From: Botryllus schlosseri
Taxonomy: Eukaryota
Assembly: GCA_051294905.1 (NCBI GenBank)
Contig: CM119371.1
Location: forward strand, 13,952,001-14,016,000
DNA length: 64,000 nt
Direction of reading: 5' to 3'
Shown: positions 11,823 to 23,167 of the stretch, one piece after another
Position numbering within the stretch: position 1 is the stretch's first letter
How the letters are laid out: the number at the start of each line of letters is the position of its first letter
Translations under genes and position numbers: made by a program
The notes under the pieces: generated by a model
Databases searched by the model: none
What the model saw: only the letters and a program-made list of their open reading frames with translations
What the model was told of the DNA's origin: nothing

Positions 11823-13849
11823 CTTTAAAGAAATGCAGCCCCACTGTTGGCGATATGACATATTCTATGCGCATTTACTTTGGTATCGTCTGATTAGTAT
11901 TTGTATGTAACTAGTAGGCCTAATTACTGTCAAACATCATTGCCTCGTGTTCCTTGACTTTTTACGTAAACCATGTGCTATGTACAAACCTGGACAGCTA
12001 GATGATTCTGGTTTTCTAGAGTTTTTGGTCACCGGTAATCTAATTCTAATCTAATTGTTGAAATGTTTCTATGCTCTAATTTCAATTCTAATTCAATTTA
12101 TAGTTCTCCTGTAAATACTTCAACTAATGTAGAGTGCAAAACGAGCCAAGCTTGCTATAGAGAAATTTACTATTGTCATAAGAATAAACTGATTTGATAT
12201 TAACAGAAATTGAGCAGCAGTTCTAATCTAATTTGGAAGGTGTGTACTGTGTAGCCTACATATAATTATAATTCTACTCCACTTTGGAAAATACTTTATT
12301 GTTGTAATTCTAATTTTTCTAGTTGTCCAAGTCTGGTTCTGTAATGTACTCGCCTTTGATAGCGATTCTGCTCCTGACAAATATAGACATTGGGTTGTTA
12401 TTGGAATTTCGTCGTATATGTCGACTGTTCTACCAAGACCTAGAACGTAACATTAGGATGAGCTAAATATGAATGTTTACACGTGCATTATTGAGCTTCG
12501 ATACGTTTGCATAATCAACCGTGCAAACTTGCCTGGTAGACGGTCGCTATCGGGATATAAACTCACAACCGCAAAGCCCTAAGCAATCCAGGCGGCTTTT
12601 GAACATTCAATTCTGTCGTATTATTAAAAATTGATTGGAGAAGTGCATTAGATTTGTCCAAAAATAACTACTTGCCATTAGGGCTGGACACAATGATTCG
12701 AGTACTCGAATCTGAATCGAGTATTACTTTTTGATGATTCGAGTCGAGTAGTAAAATACGATTTTTTCGAGAACTGAAATTATACACTCCTTTCAACTGA
12801 GAGGTAATTTACTAACGAGAATTATAGTTTTGATACTATTTTCCACTGAGGAAGCCTTGAAACCATGATTAGCCGTGTCGCAGCATACGAGACACAGTAC
12901 AAAGCTACGAACGTTGCTGGAAATATCACATTTCCAAAGTCGTGATCATTCCAAAACATTGATAAAAAGTTCAATGGAATCAGTATTGTCGAAAAAATAC
13001 CACAGTATCTGTAACGTGACGGAGAACAAGTATTCTGTTCTTTGTGGTGGCATAAAAGGAACATAGTGACATAATAACACGTGTTTATCGACTCGAAGTG
13101 ATGTGATTCAGAATCGAAACAGTCAGGTACTCGACTTTGCCCATCCCTACCCACTATTCGACAAATTTGTTAGGCAAGCTAGAAAATCACTGCATGCTCA
13201 ATTCCAACGCCCCTTCATGTAGTATAGCATTTCGGAACCTTGAACAACTTACTCGACGCAATGTAGCTGACTCGTGCGAAAATGCTTACTTTATTCAGTA
13301 GTTGCTGAATTTTATGGTCAATTTGTTTCATGTGATATAAATATATAATCAAGTCTTAAAATGGTGTTGCTGGAAAACGTCACTGAAGCTTGAGACAGAG
13401 ACAGCCAACGTGAGTTGGTCCTTCATTCCAAGTCAGGTCAAAGGTAGAGTGAGACGCCCGAAAATGATCCAATCCCAAGTTTTCAACCTAAACCGAAGAT
13501 ATACTCAGTATATCCAGAACAGTTTTTATGAAGAAATGCAATCCTTCGCGAGGGTGAAGCTGCAAAATGATGTATTCGTTAGAAATAGCTGCGAAAAATA
13601 TACAATACACGTTGACGGATAAACATGATTTTGAGCCAACTACATATTTATCGTAGTTTCTCCGGAATGATGAATCCCAAAATAAGAGGAAAAGGTCAAA
13701 CAGAATAAAGTTGTATATTTTGGCCGCATATACACCGACTCGTGATATACACACACACAATCTGTGCATATGCATACCATGAGTGCATGATGTAGCCTAC
13801 GTATGCCGCTGGACAAGGAAGTTGCAGAGATAGTCTTTCAAGGCTTTAT

Positions 13850-13990
13850 AAGTCTTGAACCACCAAGTCATGCATGAGCGTCAAGCATGATTACCAGTGT
13901 TATAATTCAGGTCTGGTCTGACCCAGACGGGGATCGAACCGACGACATACCGATCCAGAAGCCGGACACTCTACCATTACGTTATCTCGT
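13850..13990 (-). mobile_element. tRNA-derived SINE head
   Basis: Minus strand has A-box-like TAACGTAATGG and B-box GGTTCGATCCC at tRNA spacing, followed by non-tRNA body; boundaries approximate. Confidence 0.6.
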
Positions 13991-16497
13991 CAGCCACTTC
14001 TAGCAGCTTGCAGACACAATCATTAATGACGTACTTCTCCTTTTTCATAGTACTCAAGTACTACGGTACGAACGTTAGGAAAATATCTCTTATCAAGGTC
14101 TGTTTGCATTGATGTGAGAAATTTTATAGATCGTTGGTATGTTGGAGCGCATCAAACAACACATCCCTAAGGTCAGTGCTTCACAACCGGTGGGCTATTT
14201 CAGATAGGTCGTGGATAATTAACTAAATTCTATTCAATTTTATTACTATGCTAAGCACCTTATCTTCCCATGATTAGACGAACGAATAGCCGTTCTCCTT
14301 CTCGAAATTACATTGTTTTTTTTGCGCCCATAAGTACCTTAATCCACGTTCCCTTTTTGCGATTAATCATTTTGAGTTGATCGCAAAGTTGGACAGTGGG
14401 TTTTGTGTATGAATTCATTCTTTTTCTTTGAAAGCATTGCGAATAGTGATTGGAACATTGATTTGACACAGCATCCAAAACTACGTTCTACTTCACGAAA
14501 TCCAAAATGTCGAAAGCAAGTACCGTACCTACTTCTGTATAGAAACGGTTGAGTAGAAGCTTGAGTCCTGGCAATAAAACTATTTCAGTATGCCTTTCAC
14601 GGGAAATCGAAAATGTCCCCTGAGGACGCCTACATGTCATCCTTCTTGTGAATCCGTCCTCCTTTATAGATTTGACAGCCATATAGACAGCACCAGAGCA
14701 CTGCAGTATAAAGTGGGTCATTCGGGAGTCGAGATGGAAAAATTGACTTTTTTAATTGCGTGGTATTTATAAAGTGCGTTTTTTTCCAGATCCCGAATAA
14801 CCATAATAAGTAGCCAAAACCTACTTGAGTAGTCCGAAAAGCAGAAGTACTTTGTTGCAGACCACCTCTGCTTCAGAGTTGATGATTGTTACGTATATAG
14901 AATGTCGATGTCAATCGTATTTGTGCCAAGGTTGTTAAATATGTAGCCGGATAAAACTCATCTTGAATGACAATTGAAGACTTCCTTGCTTGAAAGTTGC
15001 AGCTTTCTTGACCATGATTGAAAGAAAATCCTTACCTGTGATGACAAAGAAAGGATACATCAATTTAAAAACAATCCAAATTCTAACACTGCAGTCACCC
15101 AATATATTGAGACTTCTTGTTACATACGGAATTGAGCTAGTTATAGGTGGTGGCACAAAAAGGCAAATATTCGGATACAGAATCATTGATTTTGGGAAGG
15201 CAGAAAATCAGAATTTACTGATCTTTGACCCCAAGGTAGTCCCTCAGAGAGGCATTGTTCTTTGACAGATATAAACTGATTGGTTGACATTGATGTATGA
15301 ATGTCTTTTGTGCTGCAAGTTATGATGCCGATGATTGAAGGAACAGCATTTACATGATGATCTTTAGATTGCAATCCACTGTAACTAAATAAAGAATGGT
15401 TGTATAAAGTAGAATCGATGAATCTAATATATCACAGGTTGTTCAATCCAGGCTATCTTACCAGTATATGTGGTATATAACGAATCGGCGATAGCGTCCT
15501 CATATAATTTAAAATTAAAATTTATAATTATAAATATTCAACCATATCACAGCATGCTATTTGGAGTTTTTAATGCCACTGCATGCTACTTGAGTTTTCA
15601 TGCTTGTCCTTGTTAATGACACATTCAGTCCCTCACAGAACTGTTACAACTCGACGGCGGACGGCGAGTTGGACTGGAGCAATCGTTGCGAATAATGACT
15701 GACTGAGTATAATTAACTGGCTAATAAGTCCGGACACAGTAAGTTTCCCCTTGTGTGTATTGTATAATGTCGATCAAACAACCCAGACTATATCATATCG
15801 TTAAAAAATACGCTGGCAAATACTCTAAATGAGAAATTACATTAATTAGAGTCAGATTCAGAGCGGCGTGGAAGCCCTGTTTACGGCACGACCGCTTTCG
15901 GAGAGAATGATTTGTGATCCAGTTTCTTCTTGCGTGCGGCGAGGTGACTCGAGCGTAACCAACCATTGATACGGACAAAAATCCACCGTGACATAAGCCG
16001 CCCCCGTGGCGAAGCGTAATTGCAAATAGGCAGTTATCGGTGAGCCACAGAAAAAATGAAGGAATGGTGGTTTTTTGGATTATGAAGACAATCGGGGCAT
16101 GAAGAAATATGCAAGGCAAATGCAATGTATAGAAAGCTGATACAGCGTCAGTAAGCGAAGGCAATGTACAGAAAACGTGCAATATGAGTAGGCAAAAGTT
16201 ATTTAATTCAAGGCAACACTATTTCGGATGCCACGACGAGTACCAGTTGTGTACAAAACAGTAAGTTTACGATTGGAAGTCTGGTCTCATGATCCAGAAT
16301 TTTTCTTAAAATTAGGGACAGAACTTGCAGTAGCAGGATAGTGACGTATTATCAAAGCGGGTGACATTGTGCGGTAAACTTATGGGTTTTTATGCTTCTC
16401 AAGGAAACTGAGAACGATTCAAGTCGGGACGGAAAAGAACATATGACAGAATAAAAATAAAACATGTCAGGTAACGCGCGCGCGGAGCGATCCTGGT

Positions 16498-19377
16498 TCA
16501 AGGCGGTCGTTGACGGACGAAGGCGTTGAATCGAGCGGAGGTCGTTTGAATGCTGCGGAGCATTGCGGTGCTGTCGATACAGAAGCGAGCGGAGTCGATA
16601 TCGTAGTCGAAATCTTTTACGTCTGTAGCAAGTTTGTTGCCGGATACGGCTGGGGCAAGTTGCAGTTTGCGTCTGCTTGGCATCTTTCGTTGTTGGGTAT
16701 GGAAATGGATAGGTTCTAAAGTTCGTTCCGACGAAGGCAGCAAGTCCGGCGGAACGGCTTGAGTGTACCCTCGAGACAGACCCTCGTAGATCTTTTCTTT
16801 ATACTTTCGAAAGAACTCGGGTTCTTCCGCGACTTTTGAAGGTCGGTTGTCGCGCGATTTCACGGCAGCTCCATTGTTGTAGGGCGGTTTGACAGTCTGC
16901 GTTTTCTTGAGCGGAAACACTTCGTGACGTATGTTTGTTGTGTGCGGAGGCGCAGCGTCTTCTACGTTGGACAGAGGTTGCGTGTCGGCATCAGAGTTTC
17001 CAGAAATGTCGAGTTTGCCATAACCAGGGGCACAGGAAGTCGGACTGTCACTTACAGTAACAGGTATCAGGTCTTTTTGTCCCTGCAGAGGGACTTCGTC
17101 GTTTGCAGATATGATAGGCCCAGTAGAGACATTGGTACTACTTGGAATGACTGTTCGGAATTGGGCTCTGGGAACAGCCCCGAAGAGTTTCATGGTTACA
17201 TCTCCGAAGAGTTTGATAGTTACAGCAGTATCATGATTAGGAGAGTCGCATGGACTAGGTTTAGGGTTTGGATAATTTGTCGGTGCGGGCGCCGGCCCAT
17301 TAACGGGCCTCTGACCGACACCACTGTGTGTTGTGTCAGACGCAGGTGGGAGGCTTTTGAAAAGTTTGCGGGGATAAGATGTGGTTTCGGTTCGAGCGGA
17401 GTACTTATCGTTAGGATTTATGTTTACGGGCTCAAGGACGCAATCGGATTCATAGATAAAACTAAAGGCAGGAGCGACTCTATCGCGAGCATGAGAACTG
17501 TATTTGTTGTGCGCTAAGGGCACTAGATCGGCATTGAAATCGTCTGTACGACGATGAGTTGCGAGTTTATCGCGAGAGCGAGAAGCGAGATCGTTGTGCC
17601 CGGTTGGCACATTACGAATATCGGCGGATTGACCGCGAGAACAAAGAATGAGATCGTTGTGCCCGGTTGGCACATTACGAATATCGGCGGATTGACCGCG
17701 AGAACAAAGAATGAGATCGTTGTGCCCGGTTGGCACATTACGAATATCGGCGGATTGACCGCGAGAACAAGGAATGAGATCGTTGTGCCCGGTTGGCACA
17801 TTACGAATATCGGCGGATTGACCGCGAGAACAAGGAATGAGATCGTTGTGCCCGGTTGGCACATTACGAATATCGGCGGATTGACCGCGAGAACAAGGAA
17901 TGAGATCGTTGTGCCCGGTTGGCACATTACGAATATCGGCGGATTGACCGCAAGAACAAGGAATGAGATCGTTGTGCCCGGTTGGCACATTACGAATATC
18001 GGCGGATTGACCGCAAGAACAAGGAATGAGATCGTTGTGCCCGGTTGGCACATTACGAATATCGGCGGATTGACCGCGAGAACAAGGAATGAGATCGTTG
18101 TGCCCGGTTGGCACATTACGAATATCGGCGGATTGACCGCGAGAACAAGGAATGAGATCGTTGTGCCCGGTTGGCACATTACGAATATCGGCGGATTGAC
18201 CGCAAGAACAAGGAATGAGATCGTTGTGCCCGGTTGGCACATTACGAATATCGGCGGATTGACCGCGAGAACAAGGAATGAGATCGTTGTGCCCGGTTGG
18301 CACATTACGAATATCGGCGGATTGGTGTCGAGAACGAGGAATAAGATCATTGTGCGCATTAGGCACGTAACGGATATCGGCGGGTTGACCGCGAAAATGA
18401 GAAGTTATATCATTGCGCGCATTTGGCACGAAACGGATCTCGGCGGGTTGACCGCGAGAACGAGAAGTTATATCGTTAGATCTAAGGTCACTCTGGCACT
18501 GCGGAGTGTTTCGAGAATACGAGGGAATGACCGGCCTCGAACCGGCAGTGAAACTATGCGAATGGATGGACTGGGAATGACATGGGATTGCTGATGCGAT
18601 TAACTGACGAGTGGTCGGTAACGGTTGGGTTATCGCCGGCTCCGGAACGAGCCTCTGCCCAGTACTGCTGACTGGTATAGATGCAGGCGTGCCCAAGGTA
18701 TTTAAAGTCATTGCTTGAGTAGTGGGCGAAGGTAAGGGTTCAGTACTCACAGCGTTTTCGGTGACGGTAATGTTGGACTCTTGTGATTTGAATGAACCAT
18801 CAGCAGATCTTTGTTCTTCCTCGGCAGCTGCCAATTCTGCGGTAGCTATGAGGATCTGACTTTCGGCGTCGATTCGTTTCTCGAGAATCTGCCTTCGTTT
18901 CATTTCCAGTTTGGCTTTATCGAGTTGCAGCTTAGCGTCCCGGACTTTGGCTGAGCCTCTTGAGGACGTGGCGGAATGAATACTCTGTGATTTATTGGAA
19001 GTTCGAGGTTTAATGCAGTCAAGGGTGACATTTGAAGACGAGTTCATGTTTTCTTCTCGGTAGGCTTGGTAAGCGCAATGTGCATAACGCTGACCAAGCG
19101 CGACAGTTAACAACAGTAAATGTATTTGTTGGACGCTCTCAAGGTAGAGGTCTTTTTCAGCTTCTTGGTACAATCGTTCCAACTCGTCGATGAGTTGAAT
19201 GCAAACTTTGTTGAATTCGTCTTTACATTTGGTGACGTGTGGTAGCGATGCATATTGTATGGCGTATGAGAAAGCGCGCTCGGCTTTCTGGTAAGCGGCA
19301 CTAGAATTTCGAAGGACTTCGTCGATATACTGCTTGCACAAAACCTGTCGACCGGCGGCTTGCAGTGTTCGATACAT
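16498..19377 (-). CDS. Element A single ORF: gag-like N-terminus and coiled coil, 21-aa repeats, fused BEL pol remnants
   Basis: 959 aa open. PPYNNGAA...PEFFRKYKEKIYEGLSRGY resembles the BEL pre-RT region and IDSTAMLRSIQTTSARFNAFVRQR the BEL RNase H region; no RT core or integrase. Confidence 0.75.
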   Translation of the reverse strand: MYRTLQAAGRQVLCKQYIDEVLRNSSAAYQKAERAFSYAIQYASLPHVTKCKDEFNKVCIQLIDELERLYQEAEKDLYLESVQQIHLLLLTVALGQRYAHCAYQAYREENMNSSSNVTLDCIKPRTSNKSQSIHSATSSRGSAKVRDAKLQLDKAKLEMKRRQILEKRIDAESQILIATAELAAAEEEQRSADGSFKSQESNITVTENAVSTEPLPSPTTQAMTLNTLGTPASIPVSSTGQRLVPEPAITQPLPTTRQLIASAIPCHSQSIHSHSFTAGSRPVIPSYSRNTPQCQSDLRSNDITSRSRGQPAEIRFVPNARNDITSHFRGQPADIRYVPNAHNDLIPRSRHQSADIRNVPTGHNDLIPCSRGQSADIRNVPTGHNDLIPCSCGQSADIRNVPTGHNDLIPCSRGQSADIRNVPTGHNDLIPCSRGQSADIRNVPTGHNDLIPCSCGQSADIRNVPTGHNDLIPCSCGQSADIRNVPTGHNDLIPCSRGQSADIRNVPTGHNDLIPCSRGQSADIRNVPTGHNDLIPCSRGQSADIRNVPTGHNDLILCSRGQSADIRNVPTGHNDLILCSRGQSADIRNVPTGHNDLASRSRDKLATHRRTDDFNADLVPLAHNKYSSHARDRVAPAFSFIYESDCVLEPVNINPNDKYSARTETTSYPRKLFKSLPPASDTTHSGVGQRPVNGPAPAPTNYPNPKPSPCDSPNHDTAVTIKLFGDVTMKLFGAVPRAQFRTVIPSSTNVSTGPIISANDEVPLQGQKDLIPVTVSDSPTSCAPGYGKLDISGNSDADTQPLSNVEDAAPPHTTNIRHEVFPLKKTQTVKPPYNNGAAVKSRDNRPSKVAEEPEFFRKYKEKIYEGLSRGYTQAVPPDLLPSSERTLEPIHFHTQQRKMPSRRKLQLAPAVSGNKLATDVKDFDYDIDSARFCIDSTAMLRSIQTTSARFNAFVRQRPP
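17587..18480. repeat. 63-bp in-frame tandem repeat (12 near-identical plus 2-3 diverged units)
   Basis: Unit GAGATCGTTGTGCCCGGTTGGCACATTACGAATATCGGCGGATTGACCGCGAGAACAAGGAAT, encoding SADIRNVPTGHNDLIPCSRGQ on the minus strand. Confidence 0.97.
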
Positions 19378-20244
19378 ATCGATGTCAGTCAGCTCTCGTA
19401 TTTTTTAACTTATGTCCTTGTTATTGACACATTCAGTCCTTCACAGAACTGTTACAACTCGACGGCGAGTTGGACTGGAGCAATCGTTGCGAGTAATGAC
19501 TGACTGAGTATAATTAACTGGCTAATAAGTCCGGACACAGTAAGTTTCCCCTTGTGTGTATTGTAGAATGTCGATCAAACAACCCAGACTATATCATATC
19601 GTTAAAAAATACGCTGGCAAATACTCTAAATGAGAAATTACATTAATTAGAGTCAGATTCAGAGCAGCGTGGAAGCCCTGTTTACGGCATGACCGCTTTC
19701 GGAGAGAATGATTTGTGATCCAGTTTCTTCTCGCGTGCGGCGAGGTGACTCGAGCGTAACCAACCATTGATACGGACAAAAATCCACCGTGACAATGCTC
19801 AACAAGTCGGAATGATGTTGCAAATGGGGATTTGATTCAATGTCGAGGGTTGCAAAACCATTTCTGTACCTCCATTTACAAATCCAGGTTCAAGAACAAA
19901 ATGACATACTAGTTTTCTGTTTTTTTATGCATTTTGGTGCAGCAATTGCTCATGTCTACTGTAAAATGTAGCCGAATGCATTTTTATAGGAGAGATGTCG
20001 GCCTTACTCTGCTGCCAGAGTTAGAAACCACACAAGCACAACATACAACAGGCAAAGCATCAATTAGAAAGAGGCTAACACTACATCTTGACAAGAACAT
20101 GGCACCACTTAGGTGATGCACCAGCCACTAATAACAGAACAACGACAAAATTCCCGCTGAAGAGTATGGGCTGGCCGCTTTCCAATGAACAATGTTAGTG
20201 GCTATCGGTTAACTTGAAGACGACACTACTTGAACAGCATAAAC

Positions 20245-20755
20245 CAGGGTTGTAATGACTCGAGTCAATATTTCAAAGGAAAGTTACAATATTATGAATG
20301 CGAACCATTCTATATCAATCAAGCAGAGCCAAGTGGGTTTAACCGGATTGAACTCAAAACTGAACAGTGAACAGTCTGAACACAATGATTTGGACTCGGA
20401 CTCAATTCACAAAATATGACTCAGGCTCGAGCTCGACCCTCTACTCATTGACAAGGACTTGACTCGGATGTGAATTTAAAATGACTCGACTCGAGTCAAA
20501 ACTATGAAAGTGAGATTGACTTGTGACTCGAAACCTTCTGGCTTGGAATGGATACAACCAATGTTCCCTCTAAGCTGCGCACATGTTCAGTGCTGACACG
20601 GTCTTTGCGCACAGCAAATCTAAGTCGCGCACAAAAAATCCGAAGTGATGACCTTTTTTTAGTCGTTACGCACTGTTGTCCAAGGGTTTGCGCAGTGATT
20701 TGGTGAGTGTGCGCAGACTCGTCAAAAATCAGAGGGAACATTGGATGCAACCCTG
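20245..20755. mobile_element. hAT-type MITE (CAGGGTTG ends, GACTC repeats) with nested ~185-bp hAT MITE at 20559..20743
   Basis: TIRs CAGGGTTG/CAACCCTG, TSD GCATAAAC/GCATAATC; inner TIR CAATGTTCCCTCT with TSD GATACAAC/GATGCAAC. Confidence 0.8.
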
Positions 20756-21767
20756 GCATAATCACAGCAACAAATTGAAATGCCGTGTCACAGTTTCATA
20801 ATTATTATGTTACTGAAAGTACTCACTGAAAGAAGAGACTGATGGAATATGTGACCTTTTTTCGAGATGGACGACTCTGGTTCTGAGCTCTTCTATTTTC
20901 ATGACTACTTACAGTTATTGATGCCAGTGGAATGCACTCATCATTGTTTGAACTTGACATCTTCCTCGACTTTCAGGCGAGACACCTGGAAATAGTACTT
21001 GTAAATAATAAAGATGAATAGCTCGCATAAATGTGTTCTGATCTAGAAATTCCACATTTACGTTCATACAGCTACGTGCTGTTAGGCAAACCAAATATTA
21101 AATATTGTACACCATAATTGAAAATTTAGATTGCATACCTTTCTAAAATGAGATGTGTCCCAAATACACGTAGTTTGATGTGGAAAATGTTGTCTTCTTC
21201 TTTACTGATATTTCATTACCGGTAGGTCTTTCATCATGCTTGGGTTTTTGAGGCCATTATGGCTCACAGCAGCACGTCCAAAGTTTCCATCCCTTCACAT
21301 ATCAAGTTATTAACAATAAAGAGCATTCACATTTCTGAAATGAACGAAGATGATATGATCGGTAATGGAATCATGGCATCATGTTATAATGACTAGGGTT
21401 CACAATCATACACAATAAGTTATAAACTTGTAAGTTCTGACAGTACGCACATATGGTTCGAGTAGCCCATAATTTAAAAAGAGTCAGATTGAAATTAAGA
21501 TAGCCAAAAGGAACAAGATTACTCCAAGTAGATGGTATGCATCTCAACAAAGACACGAGACAATCCACCCTCATTGAAATTTCCATGCACCGGTTGACAT
21601 GGCTATTCAATACAGAAATACCCGGCCAAATAAATGTAAAATATCATTCAGTCCCCAGTACGAAGTAGCCCAAGTTGTCCACTATTGATATCGGCCATGC
21701 AGCAATTGCGAAAACGTCAAACATCATTTACAATACACTATACACATATTCAGGAGAGAACAAAGTA

Positions 21768-22689
21768 CTCTAATTTTCCATGCATAGGCTAATGCGCAAA
21801 ATTTTACCAATTTTTTGCCCAAAAATATGGGGGTGCGTATTATACATGGGTACAGCAAGCCTTGAAAAATAATCCCTCAATCAAAAACTTGAAGTCACAC
21901 CTTTCTTCATGTTTGTTTAAATCGCGCATCACCTCTAGCCATCGGGGGGGGGGGCGTAATTCGTATTATAGAGTGTAATGCGCTGCCAAATAGAGAAGCG
22001 TGTTACCAATTAACGAAAAGCGTGTTTCTAATTAACGAAAAGCGAGTTTCTAATTAACGAAAAGCGTGTTTCTAATTAACGAAAAGCGTGTTTCTAATTA
22101 ACGAGAGTCGTCTGCAAAGCACGCTATCTCTTCTGAGTTAGTTTGCAGTTCGTACGCAAGCGCAATTAGGACGCTGATTGCTACAAGCGTTCGCGGCAAT
22201 CCTTGTTGATTCATCGCGTCAACGACGGGCCTTAACAATCGCATACACAAGAGGGCGAAGAGGCGATGCGCGCAAGATATAATCGCTTGCGTAATCAGCC
22301 GCATCTCCAACAGGACTAGTGCGCCCGACATAACCGTTGGCCTGAGCAATCGCATCTGTAATTGTATTAGGCCTCGTGCGCAAGATGTCGTGTGTTGCTA
22401 GCCTGAACTATCGCGTCGCCGACCTCACAAACTGTGGCTACTACCTATTCTCGTTTAGAGACAATGCCGTTGATTGTATTATGATTAGCAATCATTATGT
22501 CATGATTGTTCGACAGTGACATCGCAAAACAGAACAACATCGAATACTAAACCGCAACCATTCATGTACTTATGTACTGCGAATGCAGGGTGCGTACTAT
22601 ACATGGGTACAGGCTTTTTCCCAGAATATACACGTCATTTTAAAGGTGCATATTATACATGGGGGCGCAATATATTCGGAAAATTACGG
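21768..22689. mobile_element. Second copy of the Tc2/pogo-like MITE
   Basis: Homologous to 9227..10052 throughout, with an expanded internal ~21-bp repeat (AATTAACGAAAAGCGTGTTTCT). Confidence 0.85.
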
Positions 22690-23167
22690 TATGTCACACT
22701 ATTTACAATGTTGGCCACTTTGCATGAACTTTGGTAGGCTGCATCAATTAAAACTCCCCTGGCTATGCGACTGCGAATGTGGGTCACATTTCACTTTGGC
22801 AGGTCGGGTTTTAAAGAACATTTCCACAAAATTCATGTTAGTATTGCTATTTAATGTATAAATATACTAATTCACCCATATTACCTTGCGTTTGACAGAA
22901 TCTGAAAAAAAACTAAATTGATAAGTTCTGACGAATTGAATACGGAAGTAAAGTAAACGTGGTCTGATAAAAAGTCACACGAGTAACTAGTACATGGCAC
23001 TTTAATTGCAATGTTTCGAAATAACAAAATGTACAATTTCCAATGTAATGATGATTGAAATAGCATGATCATTGATCAATCGTAGCATTGATAGAACAGA
23101 CAACTGGACAATTTTAATAGTGATAAGATTAGGAAACCCTTCTTATCATGTCTTAGATCAGTACAAG

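Larger units (their letters stand above)
15605..19794 (-). mobile_element. Non-autonomous BEL/Pao-type LTR retrotransposon (element A)
   Basis: LTRs 15605..15993 and 19413..19794, TG...CA, about 7 substitutions plus a 7-bp indel; 5-bp TSD ATGCT; PPT-like GGGGGCGG before the 3' LTR on the minus strand. Confidence 0.93.

Noticed and set aside
13915..13990. Possible tRNA gene
   Set aside because: A and B boxes are present but no convincing acceptor stem; better explained as a SINE head.
15793..16182. Duplicated small ORFs in LTRs (also 19594, 25910, 30374)
   Set aside because: Incidental ORFs repeated because the LTRs are repeated.
17587..18340. CRISPR-like appearance of the array
   Set aside because: Units are contiguous with no unique spacers; eukaryotic context; no cas genes.
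17523..18594. Extra long ORFs (278 aa minus, 346 aa plus) over the 63-bp array
   Set aside because: By-product of a stop-free unit whose length is a multiple of 3; the ORFs end soon outside the array.
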